64,000 nucleotides of DNA, taken from Octopus sinensis. Taxonomy: Eukaryota. Of this stretch, positions 50,036-63,540 are shown one piece after another. Position numbers and translations under genes: made by a program. The notes under the pieces were generated by a model. It was not told the DNA's origin. It made no database searches and saw nothing but the letters and a program-made list of their open reading frames with translations. The stretch covers positions 4,092,001 to 4,156,000 of the forward strand of contig NC_043003.1 in the NCBI RefSeq assembly GCF_006345805.1. Direction: 5' to 3'. Each line of letters starts with the position of its first letter. Within the stretch, counting starts at the first letter, position 1.

Positions 50036-52170
50036 GTGGACAGTGGCTAGTAGCAGGCAGTAGTAGAGTTAAAGGAGTGTGTGGGGGTACCCTAGCAAGT
50101 GAGAAAGGCAGGTCAGAAACAGGGAGGTATGTGTGTGTGCGTGTGTATGTATGTGTGAGTGTGTGCGTGTGTGTATGTGTGTGTGAGGCGAGATAAAAAA
50201 AACAAAAAATATGTATATGTTAGTGCGTGCAGGGCGAACAGATGACAAGCAAGTCTCGAGTGAGTGGTCAGTAGTAAAAAATGGGAGGAAGGAGGGAAGA
50301 AGGGAAGGAGGGAAAGGGTGGGGGCGTATGTAACGTGCCAGTGTGTGTGTAGAGTGGTAGTGTGTCCAGTGTGCGTAGTTGTGTGTATAGCAAGTAAATT
50401 TGAAGTGTGTGTAAGTGTAATGTATATATATATGCAAATGTGTGTGTGTGAGTGGGTGTGTGTATGTGTGTGCGTGTGTGTACAAAGAGGGGGGGGGGTT
50501 TAAGGGGAAAAAAAAAACTGCAGCGGAGGCGGGGGGGAAGGGGAAGATGGAAGAGTGGTCCCGCGGCGACAGGCGTGGGAGAACCCAAAGACACGCGCCG
50601 GCCCCAGATACGTACAGGAGATCTAGTCGGTCAAACCACGAGCGTGGTGCATGCATGCGCGTATGCGTGCGCGAACGTGCACAAGCGTGTATGTACGCGC
50701 GCCTGCGAGTGTGTCCGATGAATGTATGTAAGTATGTGTGTGTATATGTGTGTATATAGATGTATGTCCGTGTGTGTGTGTGTATGTGTATGTGTATGAG
50801 TGTGTATGTATGTACGTGTGTGTGTGTGGAAGTGTGTGTAGGTGCATGTGTATGCGCGTACATGCAGGTGTGTGAGTGAGTGTGTGTGTGTGTATGTATG
50901 TGTGAGTGTGTATGTCTGTGTGTGTAGGATGCATGTGTGTGTATGGGTGTATGTATGTGTGTGTGTGTATGTATGTGTACGTGTGTGTGTGTATGCATGT
51001 ATGCATGTATGCGTATGCATGTGCGTATGTGTGTGTGTATGTGTGTGTGCATGTGTGTGTGTATGTGTGTATGTGCGTATATGTGTGTGTATGTGCGTAC
51101 ATGTGTGTGTGTGTATGCATGTGTGTGTATGTAGGTGTGTATAGGTGTATGTATGTAAGTATGTATGGGTGTGTCCGTGTGTGTGTGTGCATGCATGTGT
51201 GTGTATGTGGGTGTGTGGGAGTGTGTGTATAGGTGTATGCATGTATGTATGTATGGGTGTGTCCGTGTGATTTGTGTGTGTGTGTGTATGCATGTGTATG
51301 TAGGTGTGTGTGTACGTGTGTAATATATGTATGTATGCGTGTGTGTGCGTGTGTATGCGTGTGTGTGTGTATGTAGGTGCGTATGTATGTGTGTGGGAGT
51401 GTAGGTGTGCGTGTGCGTGTATATGTTGGTATGTGTGTATGTGAGTGTGAGTGTATGGGTGTTAGTCATGCATGTGTGTGCGCGTGCAGGCGAGTGTGTG
51501 TGTAAGTATGTGTGTGTATGTATGTGTGAGTGTGTATGTGTGTATGTCTGTGTGTATGTATGTGCGTATAGGAGTATGTAAGTATGTGTATGTGTATGTG
51601 TGTGGGTGTATGTATGTATGTGTATGCGTGCATGTGTGTAAGTATATGCGTGTGTGCGTATGTATGTGTATGTGTATGTGTGTGTGTTTATGTATGTGTG
51701 TATGTATGTGTGTAGGCGTGTGTGTATAGGTGTATGTATGTATGAGTGTGTGTCTGTGAGTGTTTGTGTGTGTGTGTAGGTATGTGTGTATGTATGAGTG
51801 AAGGTATGGCTGTGTAGGTGTGTGTGTGTGTATGAATGTAAGTGTGTGTGTGTACAAGTGTAATGTATGTATGTAGGTGTGTGTGTGCGTGTGTGCGTGT
51901 GCGTGTGTATGTGTGTGTATGCGTGTGAGTGTGAGTGTATGGGTGTATGTGTATGTCTGAAGTAGGTATGTGTGTGTATGTATGTATGTGTGTGTGTGTG
52001 CGTGTATGTGTATGTGTGTGTGTAAGTGTGTGTGTGAGTAGGTGTGCGTGTATGTATGTGGGTAGGGATGCATGCGTGTGTGTGGGTATGTATGTATACA
52101 TACGCACGCACACACCCGAAGCACGCCCACACACACGAAGCACGCTCACACACGCAACACACAAACAATA
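49925..52170. repeat. About 2.2-kb scrambled TG/TA/CG low-complexity block
   Basis: Aperiodic mix of TG, TATG and TGCG with G-rich islands; source of the 699-aa artefact ORF. Confidence 0.9.
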
Positions 52171-52205
52171 CAACGCAAGCCCATAATATATATATATATA
52201 TATAT

Positions 52206-52450
52206 ATATAAGTTTATGAAAGAATGGAGTTGAACGACTTGTTAACAAATTTCTCCTTGAGAGCAGTCAGCTAAAATTTTTTTGTGCATTTTGATGTCGA
52301 CATAAGTTCCTTGCCTTTCCTGATGAGAAATCTGCATAATGTACTCCTTATTTCTTCGGAATTAGGAATATGCAGCCTTCGAAACATATGTCGAAAATAA
52401 AGGAAATTTGTTAACAAGTCGTTCAACTCCATTCTTTCATAAACTTATAT
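52206..52450. mobile_element. MITE/foldback with perfect 47-bp inverted repeats
   Basis: 52206-52252 is the exact reverse complement of 52404-52450; the left end is embedded in (TA)n. Confidence 0.9.
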
Positions 52451-52613
52451 TTTTAAAATAAACTTGCAAATTTCCGCACGAAAGCACGTAGTCTATGCCC
52501 TAGGGACGTAACTTCAACCGTGTTCTTTCTGATGTGAATTTGCTACCCAGGTATCGGTTATCTTTCGAATTATCCTTAATACGATAATTCCTTCAACTAC
52601 TCATATATATATA

Positions 52614-52675
<62 letters not shown>

Positions 52676-53121
52676 CTATATAGCCAATGTGATGTGCATG
52701 CGTGTGTGTATGTCTATATTGTGTGTGTATAAACCAATTAGACATGGACAGTCAATCCAGAATCATTTTGAATCTACAAGTTTTATGGTTCAGAAAAACA
52801 GCAGAATTTTATGCAAGCAAAAGTGTAAAGAAAAGAAACTTGGCGATTTCCTTTGAGTCATTGCAAATGGACGGTTGAAAAAGGCACATGTTTGAAAAGT
52901 GTGAGGTAATGAAAGACAGAAAACGTGGATAATGGCTATTGTTTGCAGCGAGGCCCATTACAGAACAATATCTCGTATATATTTAGAATAGAATCTAATG
53001 AAGATAAAACAGGGTAAATTGTTAATCTGCAAGCTATGGGAAAAACAAAGTTTGGAGAAGAAACGTGACAAATATTAATTGTCTTGGCTATTGTCAGGGA
53101 AAACCGGTTAGAAAGGAGCAC

Positions 53122-53171
<50 letters not shown>

Positions 53172-54040
53172 TTATGTAAGGAGCATTAATAATAAGATTA
53201 ATTTTCTGAACTGGCTTCGTTAACTCGTTCAGTTCTAATACAGGAAATTATCCTGCAAACTGTCTCCAATTTAAACCTGAAGTTGTAAATGTTTTTCAGA
53301 TAAAATTTCTCGGGGCGAAGTCGTGGTTGTATCAACTCGTTTTAAATGAAGTCGCTTGAAATGTTTAAATATTTTGTACTTAATTCTGTTAAAGGTTAAT
53401 TTGAATTGAAATTAATGTATTTCAATTAATGTGAGTTGACATTTTGGAAATAAATAATTTATTCTGCAAAGACAGGGGAGTGTTTCTCTGTCTGGTAGCT
53501 ATGGTAACAACAAAAGTCGGGTACTAGACACGTTAGAGGAGATGTTGGAGTCTACCCCTCCCCCAACGTTTCCAAGAACCCCCTTGAAGTGTAAGATGAC
53601 AGCCAAAAGGGAAGTGTTGCCCTGCAGTTTGGCATGTCAGAGTGTCGAGTCAGAGTGGAGATTAAATGGGGCCACTCGAAATATAGGGTTTTAGGTCGGC
53701 ACTAAGAAACGGGAGAGAGACATACGGCGGCTCTGATGTTTCAACCCAACCATTGTTTCAACGGTTTCGGTTCTCCGAGCACAGAAACTATAAAATGATA
53801 AGTCGAGGTTTGCCCGTCATATGACGGGAAATTTTCAAAGTATAATTTCGCTACGACAGCTAATATCAAATAATAAGGCATGCATAATAATAACAATAAT
53901 AATAATAATAATAATAATCATAACAACAACAACAACAATAATAATAACCCTTTTTGCTTTAGGCAGACGGCCTGAAATTTGTGGGGAGGGGTACAGTGGA
54001 TTACATTGACCCCAGTGCTCAGTTGGTACTTATGATGATG

Positions 54041-54078
<38 letters not shown>

Positions 54079-54080
<2 letters not shown>

Positions 54081-56515
54081 AAGGAAACGGGTGGAGCCTC
54101 ATGGGCTGATTAATAAGGATACATCTAGTGATGGTGTCACAATAAAAGACACTGGTAATTGCGCAACCTGATAATCGCTACTTCATATGAGTGACAATGA
54201 AGAAACAAAATATTGTGAATAACGGTGGTAATGAAACTGAAGCCAATGATTGTGACAGTGTCACGCCCGGCAGGCTCAGAGATTCTGGTCCAGCTGCAGC
54301 CCGCCCATATCCAGAAAGGGACTACCACACACGGCGTAGATGGAGCAAGCAAATTAATGCTGTGGTCATTGAGTGTTACTCCCTGAGCAGCTCGGTAGAT
54401 GAAAATGGTGCTCAAATTCGGGGGTTACCGACTACGTATGTTATGATCATTGGAGAGAAAAGGGATTGTTTCAACTCACGGAACAGAGACTATATGATCA
54501 AAACAAGCAGAACTAGTCATTTCAGTTTGTGAAGTGAAGGAAATCAGCAAAAAAAATGAGCAACTGGAAGGCCCCGGGACCAGATGGAGTTCAAGGCTTG
54601 GATCAAAAGATTTGGTGAATGTCATGCACGAATAGCTTCTCAACTGAACACCTTGTTAAATGCCGACCAAGTAACACCACAGTGGTTGACATTGGGAAGG
54701 ACAGTGCTGTGCCTGAAAAACATCGAAAAAGGCAATACGGTAGACAAACGGTAGACAATTACAGGCCGATATCCTGTTTGCCATTTATGTGGAAGTTATT
54801 GACTGGAATACTCGCAGAGTCAATATACGAACATCTGGAAAAAATGGAGTCCTGCCACATGAGCAGAAGGGTTGCAAGCGTAAGTGCAGAGGTACCAAGG
54901 ATCAACTCCTGGTAGACAAAACTGTACTTAGAGACTGCAAGAGGAGGACAAGTAACTTAGCCATGTTATGGATCGACTATCGTAAGGTGTACGATATGAT
55001 CCCACATTCTTGGATTATGGAGTGTATGAACCTATTTGGGATTGCATCGAATGTTGAGTGATTGCCTTGAAAGAGTATCACGAATTGGAGGATGGCCCTG
55101 ACAGCAAACGGAAGAATTTTAGGGACAGTAGAAATTAGGAGGGGCATCTTCCAAGGGTACTGCCTGTCCCCACTGATCTTTGTACTGTGCTTGATACCAC
55201 TAAAACTGATTCTGAGGAAAGCAAAAGCTGGGTATGTATTCAAAAGCCGTTAACAAAAAGTCAACCATTTGTTATCTATGGACGACCTCAAACTTTATGG
55301 TAAAGATGAAGCCCAAGTCAGTTCCCTCGTTAATACGGTGTATACCTTCAGTGCTGATATCGGAATGGAGTTTGGACTGAGAAAAATATGGTGTGTTAGT
55401 ATTGAATAGAGGCAAAAATCAAATGTATAAACGGACTAACGATACCGTCGGGGGAGGTTATGAAACAGATAGAAGAGACGGGATATAAGTACTTCGGGAT
55501 TTTGGAAATGGATAAATTGATGGAGAAAGAAATGACAGAAAAATTTAAGATGGAGTACTTGCACAGACTGAGACTGATCCTTAAGTCGAAATTAAACGGA
55601 CGGAATAAATTCGAATCTATCAACACCTGGGCGGTTTCAATTCTTAGATATGGAGTAGGGGTAATCGCATGGACAGTAGACAAACTAAACAGCTTAGACA
55701 GAAAGACAAGGAAGTTGCTAACTAGATATGGGTTACTCCACCCAGAGTGACACAGACAGACTGTATGTACCAAGAAAAAGAAGGGGAAGAGGACTTATTG
55801 GATGCGAACACAGCATTAGAGCAGAAGAAAACAACATAGCATGGTATGTAAAAAATGCCACAGAACCGCTATTATTAGAAGTAGGAAGGTCAGGCTTGTG
55901 TAGGATGAAAGACTGCAAAGATAAAGCACTATACAAGAAATTGAAAACGAATGAAACTGCAAATAGGTGGGTAAAGAAAAGAATGCATGGTCAGTTTCAT
56001 AGGGATGTTGAAGATCAGACAGAGAAAAAAGATGGCTGTGGATGACTAAAAGTGATTTAAAACCGGAAACGGAGGCTCTAATCTGTGCTGCCCAAGAGCA
56101 AGCACTAAGAACAAACTACATAAAATACAGAATAGACAGCACATCAGAAAGTGATAAGTGCAGAATCTGTGAACAACACGGTGAAACCGTGTGGCATATT
56201 ACCAGCCAATGTACGCCATTAGCCCAGAAGGAATATAAGAGACACCATGACAATATAGCCAGGCTTGTCCATTGGACACTTTGCAACAAGTATGGACTTG
56301 ACAGAGCAAAAAATTGGTACGACCACAAACCTGAAGGTATCACCGAAAATACAAATGCAAAGATCCCATGGGATTTTATGATTCAGTGAGACCATGAGAT
56401 TGAGAATAGGAAGCCAGACATAGTCTTAATTGAGAAAGAAAGCAAATGATGCTGGATCATAGATATAGCATGCCCAGCTGACAATAAGGAAGAAAGAAAA
56501 GTCGAGAGATATGAA
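54079..56515 (+). mobile_element. R4/Dong-like non-LTR retrotransposon, degenerate (RT plus restriction-like endonuclease)
   Basis: RRRWSKQINAVVIECY; NWKAPGPDG (54562); [17 protein letters not shown]; IRRGIFQG..LSPL; HLLSMDDLKLY (55278); CRIC..HGETVWHITSQC; RKPDIV..IIDIACP. Frameshifts and stops present; (AAT)n at the 5' flank. Confidence 0.93.
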
Positions 56516-57014
56516 AATTGGTCCCTAATGTAAATCAGATCAGGATACCGAAATATAGGTGCCGTGAGGCACGTTGTCGCAGAAAAACAAGTGTGTAATA
56601 GTATAAACAACATGCGGTGATGCGACTTGCCTGTAGATGAATTGAAGCAATATGCGAGAATGCGATGTCGCTTGAGAAAAACACTGAATACAAATAATAA
56701 TCGTATATCCAATCTCATCTCTACACAAATACACATAAATGTAATGTTTATATAATTCACACATGCACCCGGATATAAACAAGCCAACGTAGAGCAAACA
56801 GTGTTTAAACAAATTAAAAGAGATACATAATAACAATAAATATAAATTGTAACGGGTTTCATTTTAAATAGAGAAAACAAAGACAAAAAAAAAAACAGCT
56901 ATGCTCGGAAATAAAACTTCGAAAACGAATGAAGGCCAGTTTCTATTTATGAGTTTGAGGCGCTTAAGGCACGAAAACTAAAGTAGCAAACAACAAGAGA
57001 CGGTGACCGGTAAA

Positions 57015-57390
57015 GTTACCTCTGAACAGGAAGGTCCCTCTACTAATGTCGCTACCCAAGCGGAAAACAAAACCAAAAGAGAACGGTGGGAAGATGACGA
57101 CAGTAACTGGAGCAAATATAGCATCTCAAGACGGTTACAATACCAGTGATTGTGGGAGCACTTGAAATGAGCAGTGAAGGAACTCAAAATTAGTTGAGAA
57201 TCATCCCTGGGTTGCCATTCATGCAGGGATCGCAAAAGACAGTATTAAGTGTTAACTGCAAACGTAAACAGACTGTATATGAAAGAATGGTGGCAGAGGA
57301 CTGATTAGTAGAGACCATTGTATAAGGAGTGAAAGGAGAATGCTTAATAAATAGTGGCGAAGATCTGCAATATACCGGGTCCCATATTAT
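57015..57390 (+). repeat. Direct duplicate of 58964-59345 (scrambled Dong fragments)
   Basis: Near-identical over about 375 bp. Confidence 0.95.
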
Positions 57391-57559
57391 TATATTTTTA
57401 AATGCTAAAGGTAGAACGATGGTGATAACGATAATCACTGGGGTTATGGAGGCGACTCAGTGCAAGCACGTTATTTATACAAATGTGTATGTAGATACAT
57501 GTACACGTGTATACACAAATAAAGAGAGGAAGAGAGAGAAGGGGTCTCAATAACAACTC

Positions 57560-60237
57560 TCGTGGGAACCCCACGAACGACTCATGAAATCATGATGCAA
57601 CACAATAATGAAAGAATTAACGGCGAGAACAGAGCTATAGTGAAGGTTTCCCTTCGGGCACGTCAGAAACCGCCCGAATCAGGTGCAGGGATCTGGCCGC
57701 GGACGCTCGTTATGTCACAACAGATCACATCCTTCACGGTGTGCCCCGAAACAGACGGAAGTGAACGAAGGAAGGGTACGATACACTTATTGAATGTAAT
57801 GAAAGAGCAAAGCTGGAAAGAAGTCGCAGAGTAGGCCGAAGTACCTTGAAATTTTGGAGGGAAAAGGACATGCGTCCAATGTCAGAAAAGAAACTAATGA
57901 ACCAAGTGAGAGTGATTAGGAGGAAGGGTTACTTAACTGGAGTTGAAATATATCGGGTTAGTGAGAGTCTGAGAGATCCTGTGGATGGGCCACAAAGGAT
58001 GGTCGGAGTTGAAAACAGAGAGGTAGGAGTTGAAAGCAGGGAGAAGAGTAGACAGGAGGAAGAGGGAAATGGTGATGGGGCTGTTAAGGATGAGGAACAG
58101 GAACATTATACAGTGAACCCCGATACTGTGGTGGGTGGACATGCAGGGGAAATGATCCAACGAGATAATGAATGCTTGAAATTCAAAGATGTCTTGATGA
58201 ATGCTCCAGAAGAAAATATCGCCATGAATACGAGAAGGGTAGATAAGAGTATGATAAATAAAGTAGCACAAAAGATAAATGCTGACACCCAGACGGAGGA
58301 CATAACACAAACAAGGAATCTTCCCCGAACTATTGCGTTACTTGTTGGGGAGAAATTGCAGCTTAAGAGAACAAGAAATGGCGGAGAAAAAGAACTATGG
58401 TGGCAACGATGCGTTGAAACGGATATAACGCGGACAGAGCAAGATCTAGGAAAAATTGAGCAATGGTTAAGAGGAAACGGGGGAAATGGGTAAAAGACCG
58501 ACCGAGAAAAATACGGAAAAATGGGTTTGATGCAGTAATAGAGCAGTTAAAATAGAGGATCATGGCAAAAAGCCAAAAGATCAGAAGATTTGTGAACAGA
58601 AATAAGCAGTTCGAGGAGAACAGATTGTTAAAAAAAATAACCCGAAGAAATTCTTCCGAATGTTGAAAGAAGACAATGGGGAAAAATGTTGCTCCTGATG
58701 CAAATCAAGCCAAGGGGTTCTGGAGCGGATTATGGGGAGACAATGAGGTGCATAAAAGGGATGCAATGTGGAAAGCCACAATCAGGGTAGAATTACAAGG
58801 AGGAAAGAAACAAAGGAATAGTGTCATAAGCACGGGTGATGTGAAAGAACAAGTGGGTAAAGTGCCTAACTGGAAAGCCCCCGGACCAGATGGTATTCAT
58901 GGCTTTTAGAGGAATAGATTCCACGCAGTGCATGAAAGACTAGCAGCTCAACTGAAAGAGTGTGTTACCTCTGAACAGGAAGGTCCCTCTACTAATGTCG
59001 CTACTCAAGCGGAAAACAAAGCCAAAAGAGAACGGTGGGGAGATGACGACAGTAACCGGAGCAAAGCTAGCATCTCAAGACGGTTACAATACCAGTGATT
59101 GTGGGAGCACTTGAAATGAGCAGTGAAGGAACTCAAAATTAGTTGAGAATCATCCCTGGGCTGCCATTCATGCAGGGATCGCAAATGACAGTATTAAGTG
59201 TTAACTGCAAACGTAAACAGACTGTATATGAAAGAATGGTGGCAGAGGACTGATTAGTAGAGACCATTGTATAAGGAGTGGAAAGAGAACGCTTGCCGAT
59301 AAATAGTGGCGAAGATCTGCTGCAATATACCGGGTCCCATATTATGCAGATGAAACGATGGGCAAAATGAGGAGAAGAGAAAAGAAGACCTTCTTGAAAT
59401 ATGAATGCCAGGACAGTTTGAAAGGAATACAGAGGGCGTCAAGGATAATACAGCATCGTGGGTATGGCTTGAGCGAGGTGATTTAAAGTGTACCACCGAA
59501 AGCCTGATCATTGCTTCACAAGACCAGGCTCTCGCTACCAAATCAGTGAAGTATAACATCTATAAAACTGCTGACACCTAGAAATGCAGACTCTGTGGAA
59601 AGAGTGTGGAAAATGTGACCCATTTGGTAAGTAGATGTGAGAGCCTTATACAAAGAAGAATACAAACGTCACCACAATAAAGTGTATATCTTCATTGTCT
59701 CTTATGCTGTAAATACCAATGTGAAGTAGCAGAGAACTGGTATGAGCATGTACCAAGTAAAAGTATGCAGGAGGACGGAAAAGTAACGATACACTGGGAC
59801 TGATTTTCTGATGGATCGTGTAATCAAACACCATCGGCCGGATATTGTCATATTGAATAAGAGCGACAAATACTGTCAGATCATTGATGTAGCCATACCA
59901 AATGACGTGAATGTTGTGAGTAAAGAGGTTGAAAAAAATCACCAAGTATTCCGACTTGAAAGTGGAAATGGCAAGACTGTATGGAATGCACGAGGGTAAT
60001 GTAAAAGTGATACCAGTGGTGATCGGCGCGTTGGGTTTAATCCCATTGAAACTTCAAGATTTAAGGCAACTGGAAATCCCATGCAAGACTGATGTCTTGC
60101 AAAAAGCAGCCTTATTGAGCACAGCACACATCTTAAGGAAAGTATTATCTGTCTGAGGTCCTTGTTGTGACTTGACAGATGACTAAAGACTCCGGTGCAT
60201 TTTTACCTACACTGTGTTACGAAGGAATAATAATAAT
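57560..60237 (+). mobile_element. Second R4/Dong-like element lacking the RT domain
   Basis: N-terminal region (SEKKLMNQVRVIRRKG), NWKAPGPDGIHGF (58868), QDQALATK..KCRLCGKSVENVTHLVSRC, HRPDIV..IIDVAIP, VIPVVIGALG...LRKVLSV*, and an (AAT)n tail at 60226-60237. Confidence 0.9.
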
Positions 60238-61220
60238 GATTGTTTGAAAGTTGTCCTGTGCAAATACAAAGACCCATTGTTGTTTCACACGGTTTGGATT
60301 GCGTGTATTAAAAGTTGAAATATCAGACATGTCACCTGAAGCAGGCATCTACTAGGTCGTTGCACCCGTAGTAATCTGTAAGGACTCGATATTAAGAAAT
60401 GTCGAAAAGAATATTGATGTAGGTTGGAGTCCTCAATCAAAGAAATACTGGTGACTCGGACAAAAACTGTCGAACGAATCACATTTATATAGGATAGCGA
60501 CAAGATTCCTAGATGCACCATTTGAAGACCTCACAATAAACGAGACCACAACTACAGCAACAACAGAACCAACAACAGCAACAATTACAAACCAACAACA
60601 GTAATAGCAACAACATAGCTGCTGCTACGATAGCAGCAGCTGAGAGCTGACCTAATAGTAACATCCGCAGTGGAAGAGACCAACGTCAGGCCATGGAAAA
60701 GCAATTCTTACAGCGCCACTACTACGACCAGGGACGGTCCTCACACACCCGCAAGTCCACTAACATCGAGAAGGACTCACTCTTGCAAACGCATGCACTC
60801 CAATCAGATACAAACTTTATCGTGCGACAAGGGTAAGACGAAACAATCGTAAAAGACCTTTGTTGGAGTCAAGAGGAAACTAAAACATAAAAAAGGTCAC
60901 TCCCTCCTAAGTTAAAGCCAAAAATTGTCAAAAAGAAAGGCAGGAAATTCTTTCTCTTAAACCACCCACTAACACGAACACCATGACAATAACAACAGAA
61001 CCTATACTTACAACTACGACTTCAAAAGAAAGCAGGTTATCTGAACGGTGAGAGCCCTTATTATAGAACTGAATAACCTCCCTTGTTTGTTATATATCCG
61101 ACTCGACTTAAGGCCATCTTCTGGTTTGTAGTAAACCATTTATATTCATTAAATTGTTGAATAAAATATGAGAACGGTGAAGAAGTTTTAATTTTATGTC
61201 AATTTATTCAGCATTTTATC

Positions 61221-61738
61221 ATAGAAAAGGTTCTCCACCCTAACCGTTTCGATGTTGACCCCGATAATATACATACCAAGCAGTGGCTTCATCGACAGGA
61301 AACTTTTCATAATTTTATTGTGGCGCCACCAGTTGAAGGACACGATAACAAGTGGAATCTTTCAATTATGTATCACCAAAAGTGTTTCAATATATTGCTG
61401 ATGTGTCTACGTATAAGGCTACTGTTAATGTTCTGCTGACAAAATACGTCAGACCCAAGAATGAGATCCATGTGCAGCAGGTTTTGGTTACTCCTCTATA
61501 AGAGTTTAATGAATCGACAAATCAATATTTACAAGTATTGAAGCTCTTAGCAAAGGACTGCAACCTTAAAGCAGGAACCGCTGAACAATCCAAGGTTTGG
61601 GTCTTTCTTCCTTGTAGGTCTGCTTGGAAATAAAACACTAGATCTGCAGACCGACTATGAACAAGCATATATTCCGGAAATACCTGAAAAAAAGAAAACA
61701 CCACCATGCATCTTTGTCACGATCTCTCTGTCTCTCTC

Positions 61739-61783
<45 letters not shown>

Positions 61784-62715
61784 CAATGCAACAGTGGTTG
61801 ACCCTCCAAAAACTCAAATGGAAATTGCACTTGTAAGCATCAATATCATTCTTCCACATTTGCAGTAATTAATCACAAAGTGTTTCTTTTGCTGATTAAA
61901 GAGACAACCTCGACCAAAATGCCCTGCAAAAGAGGTGCTACGTAATAATTGTAGTAAAAACGGACATTATGCGAAGGAGTATCGATCTTTTCAATCGACA
62001 TCTTCAGCAGCATCCATAATAGCTGAAGTCTCTGCTGCTTCATCTCACTTTGTCACGTGATTTTATGAATATTAAAAAAAATGGATGAAAGGTCAAGTTA
62101 TTAATGAACACAGGAAGTCCGGAAATCACCCTTAACAAAAAAACTAATAGACAGACCCGAGTTGAAGGCAAATTCTACAAATGGTTATGACTCAGGTTCT
62201 AAGGTTAATAAAGTGTGCAAGCCAGGGTAGAATTTCTTAACGATTATCATGCTTGCATTACATTCTCTGCCTTCACTGTCTCTTGGCCTCTCTACTGCCT
62301 CTGACAACCCACTTCTCTCATTGATAATCTCACAGCTGACTGCAAACCCCTAACTGCAAAATGCAGACGACAGTCTCTGAACCAGAAATTTATAAATCCT
62401 AAGGTAACACGTTTGCTAAAGGAGTACATTATGGAGCCGAATAAGTCTTCTTGGAGGGCTCAGGCGTTGATTCCATCTGGTGATAATCGTAAGAAATGTA
62501 TGGTCATCGATTATTCACAGATAAATCGCTATATGTTCCTAGATGCCGAGCTTCGGCTAAATATTGAGGAGATGGTCGGGAAAGTGGCACAATATAATGT
62601 CTTCTGTGAACTGGACAAACGAAGGGATTGTCACCAAGTGGAGATAAAAGACAAACCTTATGCTGCATCTGAAGCTGGCCATTGTTTGTACCATTTTAAA
62701 GGTTACCTTTTGGAA
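61221..62715 (+). mobile_element. Ty3/Gypsy LTR retrotransposon remnant (gag, zinc knuckle, RT N-terminus)
   Basis: EKVLHPNRFDVDP..KQWLH; YVRPKNEIH..LKLLAKDCNLKAGTAEQ; decayed knuckle CPAKEVLRNNCSKNGHYAKEYRS (61908); LLKEYIMEPNKSSWRAQ..KKCMVIDYSQINR..DKPYAASEAG. A (TC)n tract lies inside. Confidence 0.88.
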
Positions 62716-63147
62716 CCCCCAAGCATATAATTGATGGCATAATTGATCTCGAAGAGAAATGGACAGTAGCGTTTTAAATATTCTACAGAGTTATTCTCTG
62801 TTAAAATTGGTAGCTATCTTTACATTAATACTCCTGTCTGTGTGGCTTCCAGACATTTTTGAATTTAACTGACAAAACATGGTTATTTTGGGCAATTAAA
62901 GAAGGTACCGGCGAGGCTGGTGGGAAGGCAATTTTTTAAGGAGGTTTTTATTTTTATTTATCTTTCCAAGAGTTGTCTAAGACAACGAAGATGCGACGGA
63001 GGATGATTGTTGGCACACTCCGGAAGATTTGTACGTGAAGCTGTTGTGTTCTGTCTTCGGAAAGCAACTTCAGAAGCGGTCACCGAATTTCGTTCGAGCA
63101 CAATAAGACATAAATCATAGCATGCACATACACACACACTTTTGCTC

Positions 63148-63194
<47 letters not shown>

Positions 63195-63359
63195 TTATTT
63201 ATACGTCCACACACATATGTACATTTTCTAAACAGCTATTATATACGCGTGTGTGTGTGTGCAAAACCTGCTTCAAATTCTCACTGATATGTCTATATTC
63301 TCACATCGATTACATACAGACGCTATTGTATTCAACTATTCGCATTCAGACGCGCGCGC

Positions 63360-63393
63360 GTACACACACACACATAGCATGTGTGTGTGTGTG

Positions 63394-63438
<45 letters not shown>

Positions 63439-63491
63439 CGTATACATATATATATATATACATATACGTATACATACATATACATATACAT

Positions 63492-63540
<49 letters not shown>

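Noticed and set aside
50069-52168. 699-aa His/Thr/Tyr-rich ORF and overlapping ORFs
   Set aside because: CA-rich low-complexity sequence lacks stop codons by composition; no domain or codon structure.
52318-52345. CTGATGA as another hammerhead core
   Set aside because: No stem II or properly spaced GAAA and no helix I pairing.
61020-61200. 5' LTR and primer-binding site of the Gypsy remnant
   Set aside because: No second LTR copy in the window, and no clear TG...CA ends or tRNA-complementary site.
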